Assembly (NCBI GenBank): GCA_964453375.1
Contig: CAYVRB010000019.1
Span: 536-24,535 of the forward strand
Direction of reading: 5' to 3'
Length of the DNA: 24,000 nt
DNA from: an uncultured Alcaligenaceae bacterium
Lineage (GTDB): Bacteria > Planctomycetota > Planctomycetia > Gemmatales > Gemmataceae
Shown here in pieces: positions 17,705 through 24,000 of this stretch. How positions within the stretch are numbered: position 1 is the stretch's first letter; the number at the start of each line of letters is the position of its first letter. The notes under the pieces were generated by a model. The model searched no databases. It was not told where the DNA came from and saw only the letters and a list, made by a program, of their open reading frames with translations. Position numbers and translations under genes: made by a program.

Positions 17705-18694
17705 GTCGAGTTCCTTCGCGAGGAGAACCGCATCCTCCGCAGCAAGCTGCCGGAACGGATCGAGATCACGCCGCGCGAGCGATCCCGGCTGTTGAGGTTT
17801 GGACGGAAGCTTGGCAAGGCCATCGGCGGCGTCATCACCATCGTCTCGCCGCGGACCTTTGCCCGGTGGCTCGCCGGCGAGAAGAAACGGCCGAAGCGAA
17901 GCAGCCGCAAGCCGGGCCGGCCACGGACGGAGGAAAGCGTTCGCGATCTCGTATTGCAGTTGGCCCGCGAGACGGGCTGGGGATACTCGCGCTTTCTCGG
18001 CGAGTTGAAGAAACTCGGCATCGGCACCGTGAGTCGCTCGACGGTGATCAACATCTTGCGCGTGGCCGGTCTCGATCCCGGGCCGAAGCGCGGCGTCGGA
18101 TCGTGGAGCGACTTCCTGACGCGGCACGCGGAAACCTTGTGGGCCAGCGACTTTCTCACCGTGAAGACCTGGACCACGCGCGGGATCGTCGATCTGTCAG
18201 TGCTGTTCTTCATCCACCCCGGCACGCGGAAGGTGTTCATCGGCGGCGTCAGCGCGAACCCGGACGCGGCTTGGATGAAACAGCAAGCCCGCAACGCGAC
18301 GATGCGGATGGAGGAGATGGGGCACCCGGTCTCGCACCTGATCATCGATCACGACGGGAAGTACGCGAAGGAGTTTGATGCAATCTTCGAGGCCGAGGAT
18401 GCGAAGGTGCAGCGTGTCGGGCCGAGGGCCCCAAACTTGAACGCCCATGCGGAGCGGTTCGTCCAATCGCTCCGGAACGAGTGTTTGGATCACTTCGTTT
18501 TCTGCGGCGAGAAGCATGTGCGGCACGTTTTGACGGATTATTTGGCCCACTATAACTCGGAGCGGCCGCACCAGGGGATCGGCAACGTGCCGCTGTCGGA
18601 CGGTGCCAAGGCCGTGAAGCCCACGAAGGGCCGGATCAATTGCCGCAAGCGACTCGGCGGGCTGATCCGGCACTACCACCGCTCCGCGGCGTGA
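17705..18694 (+). pseudogene. rve (integrase-core, DDE) transposase lacking its 5' end and start codon
   Basis: The frame reads VEFLREENRILRSKLPERIEITPRERSRLLRFG...GRPRTEESVRDLVLQLARETGWGYSRFLGELKKLGIGTVSRSTVINIL (HTH region). The DDE core follows: LWASDFLTV..., HLIIDHDGKY and NLNAHAERFVQSLRNECL. The 129 aa preceding it in track ORF 17318..18694 are out-of-frame readthrough of the kinase and IS630 sequence. Confidence 0.8.
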
Positions 18695-18898
18695 AGCCGA
18701 TCGAGATTGCGGGCGGTTCCGATCGATCTGATCGCGTCGAAGGTCCGCGCTCGCTCGCAAATCGCCCCGTTTCTGTAAACGCATGTCCACCAAACGTTGC
18801 TCGAATTTGGACATCCCTTGTCCTGCTCCGGTTGCGGTTTCGTCTGGAAATTGCAGCGCGAACGATTGGACAGAGTTTTTGACCAGGACGGACGCACA

Positions 18899-19252
18899 CT
18901 ACCGGCTTTCGTATTTAATTAATTGGCTCATGTACTCATGAAATGCTTCGTCAATCTTTTTGTGGCATACAGATTCCCATATGAATAGCAACTGATCTAA
19001 TGGCCCCTCATGAGGCACCATGTCTCCGCCAAAACCAATACAGTTATCGGCTCGAACGACGCCATCTGCACCCGAGTATGCGATTTCGTTCTCCGCTGTT
19101 GTAAACGCAAGATTCGGACATCGCTGCCCCGAAACCCCGGCAGTGAAACAATGCAAACTAGGCATTGAACGTCCATCGCTGCAAATGCAGGCTACATCCT
19201 TTTCGCCTTCGGAATCACGAAGACAATATATCTCTAATATAATGTGCCTCAT
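18899..19252 (-). CDS. Hypothetical 117-aa Cys-rich protein; candidate immunity protein for the orphan RHS toxin
   Basis: Track ORF MRHIILEIYCLRDSEGEKDVACICSDG.... It is same-strand, 87 nt downstream of the RHS stop, and shares the low G+C of the toxin tip. No family was recognised. The call rests on position only. Confidence 0.45.
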   Translation of the reverse strand: MRHIILEIYCLRDSEGEKDVACICSDGRSMPSLHCFTAGVSGQRCPNLAFTTAENEIAYSGADGVVRADNCIGFGGDMVPHEGPLDQLLFIWESVCHKKIDEAFHEYMSQLIKYESR

Positions 19253-19339
19253 CAGTCACCTTGGCAAGCTGTCAGTGTTACACCGGAGCAGTAGAATAAC
19301 AATGTATAATAACTGCCTGAAATACCAAAATAATAGATG

Positions 19340-22300
19340 TTAGTGGTAATCAACAATTTCAATTACATTGATTGTATCATCGGTGATGGTATAGACTATT
19401 CTCATTCGGCCTCTGCCTCCACCTGAGCCGGGTAAGTCTGCGGCAAATTGTCCCTTTCTGTCGCCAGTTAGCGGATGCTGGTTTCGCCCGGCCTTTCCCA
19501 AGGTTAAGTCATTGACAATCTCGTCATGGGCTTTCTTCTGCTGATCCGTCAGCTTGTCATAATCCTTTTGCGCTTTCTGTGATTGCTTGATACCCTTCTG
19601 CTTAACAGGAAGTTTTCTTAGTTCTGCCGCTGATGGTATCTCAATATTTTGATCCCACAGTTGCTTGGCAAGCTCCGGATTCTTAAGATCCGCCTTGTCC
19701 TCATCGCAAGGATTCTTCAGTCTTTTCTTGATTTCAGTGCGCAGATCATCTGCTTCTTTAGTTGATTTTGCGAGCTTTAGCCTATTAACAAGATTGCAAA
19801 GTCGTTCATTGTGCACCCAGATCGCGAAGTCCCAGCCCGCACCGCCCACGAAGAACGTGTGGTACTCGCCGACCTCAATGTTATACACGACTTCGGGCAC
19901 ATCGGACTGCTCGATAGCGTCGATTGTGCGGTAGTCGCCATCCTTGCCGCGGACCTCCACGCCCGCGTTCAGCTCATGCAGTGGCTGCCAGCCCCGGCCA
20001 CGCACGTAGAGCGGGTGGCCTGATGTCATCCGCAATGTCTGACCGCCGATCCGCACTGTCCACGCCGGTGCGACGCTCCGAATCGCCTGTTGAATGACCT
20101 GGACGCCGACCGTGCAATCTGGATCGTCCTCGCACGCAGAATAGACGAGGTCGCCGGGTTGCAAGTCTTCAATTGGTCTAGGGCCGTTTGGGGTCAAGAT
20201 CGGCGTGCCCGCAACGAAGCAGCCCGTAAGAGCTTCAGCAAGCGACGATCCCAATGCGGCCTGTCCGTTCGTGCGTTCGATATCGTCGAGTGCTCTGTTG
20301 ATCTTCTCCAACTGTTTGGGATCGGTCGTCTTGCCGGCCGCTTCCGCCAGATCCATTGCCGCCTGCTCGGCTATCGGTCCGGCGTTTCCAGCCTTGAGCT
20401 TCTTGAGTATCTTGGCAGCCTTCGCCTTCATCAGGGTCTTAACGGCGCTCATGACTTTGCCGGCGCCACTCCCGCACAAGACGCTTAAGCCGGCTTTGAT
20501 GAATGCTTTGCTTGGATTTTCTTTCCAGTCCTTCAAAAACTCGTTTTTCATCGCCTCTCGCACTCGCTCGTCAGTCGCAAGCAAGTAGATGGCCTCGGCA
20601 AGTTCTAACGCGAATTTCTTTGGATCTGTAATGATCTTGCCGACCAGTTCAGCCGTCTCGTTCACCATTTCCTTTACAGCTTGTCCAAAGTTTTCGAAAC
20701 CTTCACCTAAGCCTTCTTTGGCATTGTCGATAAATCCCTTCGGATCATTCCAGGCATACTCAATAATCATCTTTTGTTCATCGATGAAGCCTTTGCCAAA
20801 ACGGATTGCCCGCTCAGCGGTATCTGAAGCCACAGCCTCGGTCTCATCAAAAAATTGATCGATAGCGTTCGGACCGGTGATTCCCTGTTCGCGATCCACT
20901 GTCGCCATCCAATAATCTACATACCTGGTCCCAATATTGTCATATCGCCTTTGAACCAATCCTCCTCGTGGATTCCCTCCTGCGAATAAATGATGCGTAC
21001 TGCGATTATCGATTGCGGCGTCGAGGATTTCATTGACTGCGTCTTCAGAATAGTACTGCAACAGCGCCTGACGTAATTTCTCTCGATGATTCGGATTGAT
21101 CCAGAGAAATTGGCCGCGGCTATCACCGACCCAACCGTGTTGAATACCATTGGCATTCAAAAAATCAGCAAAGTTCTGGTAATCACCGGGTCGATCGACG
21201 ATCCAGTAATTCCCGCTCGGATCCACCCCGTTCGTCGCCCCGTTGCCAACGTAGCGGTACAGATTCGGGTCTTCTCCTGCCTGCCGGATGCCGTCCTCGC
21301 CCATCCAGCGGCCCGTCGACGGGTCGTACATCCGCGCCCGGCTGTACTGCAAACCCAGCGTTTCGTCCCATTCTCTTCCCGTGAACGCGTAGCGATCGAC
21401 CGGCACGCCGCCAAGGAAGCCGCCGAAGGCGTCGTAGTCCGTTTCGCCGCTCGTCGCGCCCGAATTGTCAAAGACCTGGCGGACCGAACCCAGCCGATCC
21501 GTTGCATACCACGATACATCCCCGCCCGCGTCCTGGCGAGCCACGACCTCGTCGAAGCCCGCCCCGAACACCCGGCGATCCGTCACGGCGCCCGTGCCGT
21601 CCAGATCGAGAATCGTATCGAAGTTCTCCGTCCCGATCGCGCTCGGTTTCGTCGTGTCCCACCCATCGACGACGTACTGGGCTTCGATCGTGGTGGTGCC
21701 GTCCGTTTCTGTACGGCCGATGCGGTTGCCAAACGCATCATACGCATACGTTACCGTCGTCGTGCCATCAGTCGCTTCCGTCATCTGCCCGCGCAGGTCG
21801 TATTCGTACGTCCATGCTTCCCCGGTCTTCGATTTGCCGACTACGTTGCCATCGAGATCGTGCGCGTATGTCCAAGTCCCGTCTTCCGTCATTCGATTGC
21901 CGTCGGCGGTGACATAACCACTGAGCGTGCGATTCCCCGTCGCATCGTACGAAATCGTCGAACTGTTCCGGGCCGTCACCTGCCCGATGGCATCGTAGCT
22001 GTAAGTCGTGGTGACGCTGTCTTCCACTTTCTCCGTGAGCCGGTTGGCAAGATCGTACTCGTAGGCGTAGTCGGCGATGAGCGTGCCGGCCCCGGAGCCG
22101 GTGCGGTGCTCGATGTCGACGAGCCGGCCGCCGTCGTCGTAGGCGTAGCTGGACTTTCCTTCCTGTGTGGTGCCGGTCAGGTCGCTGAACCGCGTGACCG
22201 TGGCGAGCTCGTCGCGGTCGGTGTAGTTGTAATCGAAGCGCAGGTCGCCGGACGGACCGTCGAGCTTCCGGCTGGTCAGCCGGTTGGCGAGGTCGAAGGT

Positions 22301-22723
22301 GCTGGTCTGCGTACCGCCCTTGGAGTCGGCGACGGACGTGCGGTTGCCGGCCCCGTCGTAGGCGAAGGTGAGCGTCACGCCGGAGGGGGTTTCGACTTCC
22401 TCGGCCCGGTTCAGCTCGTCGCGGACGATCGTGTAGTCGCCGTCCGGGTCGGTCGCCGAGACGAGGAAGCCCGCGTCATCGTAGCCGAAGGTCTGCGTCT
22501 GGAGCAGCGAGTTGCCGGCCGAGTACCAGGCTTCCGATGTCCGGCGGTTGGCGTCGTCGTAGCCGAAGACCCGCTCGCGGCCCTCCCGGTCGACGATCGA
22601 GACGAGCCGCCCGGCATCGTCGTAATCGTAGACGATCGACTCGGAGTAGGCGTCGGTCTCGGAGGTCAGCCGGTTCAGCTTGTCGTAGGCGAAGGTGTGT
22701 TTGTTGGCGGAGGCGTCCTCCAT
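19340..22723 (-). CDS. RHS/YD-repeat polymorphic toxin, 5'-truncated (orphan) copy, with a HINT domain and a YoeB/RelE-like C-terminal domain
   Basis: YD repeats run throughout the N-terminal ~500 aa (FAYDKLNRLTSETDAYSESIVYDYDDAGRLVSIVDREGRERVFGYDDANRRT...). The core-terminal motif is YSRARMYDPSTGRWMGEDG...YRYVGNGATNGVDPSGNY. The reading frame with YD repeats stays open upstream of the first ATG to about 22885 (THFYDDADRIVTVIDPLDYETAYEFDELDRVV...) with no start codon. Confidence 0.85.
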   Translation of the reverse strand: MEDASANKHTFAYDKLNRLTSETDAYSESIVYDYDDAGRLVSIVDREGRERVFGYDDANRRTSEAWYSAGNSLLQTQTFGYDDAGFLVSATDPDGDYTIVRDELNRAEEVETPSGVTLTFAYDGAGNRTSVADSKGGTQTSTFDLANRLTSRKLDGPSGDLRFDYNYTDRDELATVTRFSDLTGTTQEGKSSYAYDDGGRLVDIEHRTGSGAGTLIADYAYEYDLANRLTEKVEDSVTTTYSYDAIGQVTARNSSTISYDATGNRTLSGYVTADGNRMTEDGTWTYAHDLDGNVVGKSKTGEAWTYEYDLRGQMTEATDGTTTVTYAYDAFGNRIGRTETDGTTTIEAQYVVDGWDTTKPSAIGTENFDTILDLDGTGAVTDRRVFGAGFDEVVARQDAGGDVSWYATDRLGSVRQVFDNSGATSGETDYDAFGGFLGGVPVDRYAFTGREWDETLGLQYSRARMYDPSTGRWMGEDGIRQAGEDPNLYRYVGNGATNGVDPSGNYWIVDRPGDYQNFADFLNANGIQHGWVGDSRGQFLWINPNHREKLRQALLQYYSEDAVNEILDAAIDNRSTHHLFAGGNPRGGLVQRRYDNIGTRYVDYWMATVDREQGITGPNAIDQFFDETEAVASDTAERAIRFGKGFIDEQKMIIEYAWNDPKGFIDNAKEGLGEGFENFGQAVKEMVNETAELVGKIITDPKKFALELAEAIYLLATDERVREAMKNEFLKDWKENPSKAFIKAGLSVLCGSGAGKVMSAVKTLMKAKAAKILKKLKAGNAGPIAEQAAMDLAEAAGKTTDPKQLEKINRALDDIERTNGQAALGSSLAEALTGCFVAGTPILTPNGPRPIEDLQPGDLVYSACEDDPDCTVGVQVIQQAIRSVAPAWTVRIGGQTLRMTSGHPLYVRGRGWQPLHELNAGVEVRGKDGDYRTIDAIEQSDVPEVVYNIEVGEYHTFFVGGAGWDFAIWVHNERLCNLVNRLKLAKSTKEADDLRTEIKKRLKNPCDEDKADLKNPELAKQLWDQNIEIPSAAELRKLPVKQKGIKQSQKAQKDYDKLTDQQKKAHDEIVNDLTLGKAGRNQHPLTGDRKGQFAADLPGSGGGRGRMRIVYTITDDTINVIEIVDYH
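19343..19600 (-). other. YoeB/RelE-superfamily mRNA-interferase-like toxin domain at the extreme C-terminus of the RHS protein
   Basis: Hand alignment to E. coli YoeB as I recall it. KGIKQSQKAQKDYDKLTDQQKKAHDEIVNDL aligns with KLIWSEESWDDYLYWQETDKRIVKKINELIKDT. HPLTGDRKGQFAADL aligns with EPLKHNLSGFWSRRI. RIVYTITDDTINVIEIVDYH aligns with RLVYAVTDDSLLIAACRYHY. Confidence 0.55.
19808..20221 (-). other. HINT (Hedgehog/intein-like, pre-toxin HINT/BIL-type) self-cleaving domain inside the RHS C-terminal region
   Basis: The 138-aa domain starts CFVAGTPILTPNGPRPIEDLQPGDLVYS and ends VYNIEVGEYHTFFVGGAGWDFAIWVHN. The next residue is Glu, not Cys/Ser/Thr, so cleavage rather than splicing is expected. 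Confidence 0.75.
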
Positions 22724-22923
22724 CCAGGTCCGGTTGCCGTTGGCGTCGTAGCCGAAGGTCGTGTCGTTGTCGAGCGCGTCGGTGACGACGACGACGCGGT
22801 CGAGCTCGTCGAACTCGTAGGCCGTCTCGTAATCGAGCGGATCGATGACGGTGACGATCCGGTCGGCGTCGTCGTAGAAGTGAGTAGCGTCTCCTATCCT
22901 TTCCCGTCCCTTTTTTAATCCAC

Positions 22924-23565
22924 CTATCCAATACCGCTTTTATCCAAGTACTTACGAAATTCAAGAAGGCCGAAATCATTGCGATCTACCAAGAAAGCCA
23001 ATTTAATATTGGACAATTTTTGGGCAGCTTCTTCGCCGTTCGCTATTAACGCCATAGCCACAGCTCGCTTAGCTCTTTCGCCATGAAGCGGCGAATGAAG
23101 CCAGGAAGCTGGGCCATCTCCACTTAGAACTTCCAATGCTTTCTGCGGATCGGAGTATGTTTCAATATAGGGAATACCAATCTTTGCAAATGCTTCTAAC
23201 ACTGATTCCGCGACTCCTAGAATATCATCTGAACATGCCAAAGTCCATCTCCTTTGTCGGCCTTCGCTAAGGTTGCCCAACTCGCAACCCAAAGTAAAAG
23301 TGTTCGTCTTCTCAGACTTTGTAAGCAATGGATCGTTCATATAGCGACTGATCAGTTCCTCTACCTGATCAAACCGAATAGCAACATCTGCAGTGACATC
23401 AAAATCATTGTCGTGTTTAATAAATGCCAAGTGGAATGAGGCACGGCCAAAAGGGCAGCTTTTTAGAAACGATTGCCCCTTAGGTCGATTGTCAAAACCG
23501 AACTTCTGAAGACCCTGGCCGACTGCTAACAAGAGTTTGTCTTGCCATATTTTAAAATTTTTCAT
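22924..23565 (-). CDS. Hypothetical 213-aa protein; candidate immunity protein for the upstream nuclease-type toxin
   Basis: Track ORF MKNFKIWQDKLLLAVGQGLQKFGFDNRPKGQSF.... Its ATG overlaps the toxin stop by one base (TAATG, 23567..23563), and it has low G+C. No family was recognised with confidence. Confidence 0.5.
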   Translation of the reverse strand: MKNFKIWQDKLLLAVGQGLQKFGFDNRPKGQSFLKSCPFGRASFHLAFIKHDNDFDVTADVAIRFDQVEELISRYMNDPLLTKSEKTNTFTLGCELGNLSEGRQRRWTLACSDDILGVAESVLEAFAKIGIPYIETYSDPQKALEVLSGDGPASWLHSPLHGERAKRAVAMALIANGEEAAQKLSNIKLAFLVDRNDFGLLEFRKYLDKSGIG

Positions 23566-24000
23566 TAAGGCACCCTTCGCTCGATTGTAGGTATGGTGAC
23601 TCGTGTACCTTCAAGACCAGTGGGAGCGTTCTTCCCCACTATTACTCCTCCTTCGGTTGCTATCGCATTATCCTTTGCAATTTGTGTTGCATCACGAACC
23701 GCGCCACCAGATTTTACTTCAACAGCGACTATTCTGCCGTCAGGCGTTCGGATCAGGTGATCTACAACACGATTACCTTGTGAAGTACGAATAGTGACTT
23801 GGCTGCCAAGAATCGTGTTGCCTTCACTTTCAAGTTGTTTTGCCACAGTGATTTCCGCTGCCTTGCCAGCTGCTCGATTAGTCGCCAAAATCTCTGCTTT
23901 AGTCCTAGCTGCCTTCGGAGGCGCCGGACAGTCCGTCTTGCCGAGATTTTTTGAAGAAGCGGACAATTCATCGTCGAATTCCTTGCCCGCTTTCTTGAGG
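23565..24000 (-). CDS. 3' end of a larger toxin gene entering from the right edge; C-terminal PD-(D/E)xK (restriction-endonuclease-fold) nuclease-like domain
   Basis: The track starts it at TTG 23966, but the frame is open to position 24000 (LKKAGKEFDDELSASSKNLGK...). The tip AAEITVAKQLESEGNTILGSQVTIRTSQGNRVVDHLIRTPDGRIVAVEVKSGGAVRDATQ shows the E...D...E-x-K...Q arrangement of REase-fold toxin domains. Confidence 0.65.
   Translation of the reverse strand, partial: LKKAGKEFDDELSASSKNLGKTDCPAPPKAARTKAEILATNRAAGKAAEITVAKQLESEGNTILGSQVTIRTSQGNRVVDHLIRTPDGRIVAVEVKSGGAVRDATQIAKDNAIATEGGVIVGKNAPTGLEGTRVTIPTIERRVP

Larger units (their letters stand above)
17479..18891 (+). mobile_element. Nested IS debris: an IS630 fragment abutted by a 5'-truncated rve-type IS with its non-coding right end
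   Basis: This is the junction of the two transposase fragments described above. The right end is defined by comparison with the copy at 2110..2503. No terminal inverted repeats or target duplications could be identified. Confidence 0.65.

Noticed and set aside
21086-22918. 610-aa plus-strand ORF opposite the RHS repeats
   Set aside because: It is a shadow of the YD-repeat frame, with repetitive V/R/G/A/D sequence.

Overview
This is a 24-kb high-G+C bacterial chromosomal segment. Its gene content (a giant Ser/Thr kinase-TPR-WD40 protein, a sigma-54 activator, an ECF sigma factor, rve and IS630 debris) looks Planctomycetota-like, but that is inference only. Everything below comes from reading and hand-translating the sequence; no searches were run.

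Positions 1-17430 look like core genome:
- An RND efflux operon (adaptor plus pump, pump cut by the left edge) sits behind a textbook sigma-54 promoter.
- A decayed IS copy follows.
- A five-gene translationally coupled minus-strand operon encodes an SDR, a 68-aa and an unlisted 30-aa membrane peptide, a ferric-reductase-TM::Rieske fusion, and a membrane-anchored Cys-rich protein.
- A densely structured palindromic and tandem-repeat intergenic element lies between that operon and the ECF sigma gene.
- An ECF sigma gene with no anti-sigma partner lies directly downstream of a GAF-PAS-AAA+ sigma-54 activator, with a sigma-54-like promoter between them.
- An overlapping DinB / NRDE / DedA::ATP-grasp operon is followed by a secreted peroxiredoxin.
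- A 1690-aa kinase-TM-TPR protein ends in two tandem WD40 propellers.

Positions 17431-24000 are accessory. Nested IS630 and rve transposase remnants come first. A visibly low-G+C Rhs-type polymorphic toxin locus follows on the minus strand:
- the 3' end of a large toxin gene with a PD-(D/E)xK nuclease-like tip,
- a coupled immunity candidate,
- a 5'-truncated orphan RHS cassette,
- a second immunity candidate.

The orphan's C-terminus combines the RHS DPxG motif, 328 aa of unknown sequence, a HINT self-cleaving domain and a YoeB/RelE-like RNase domain. This toxin locus is the most system-like and least characterised part of the window. The sigma-54 to ECF cascade and the DinB-NRDE-ATP-grasp cluster are the next most interesting.
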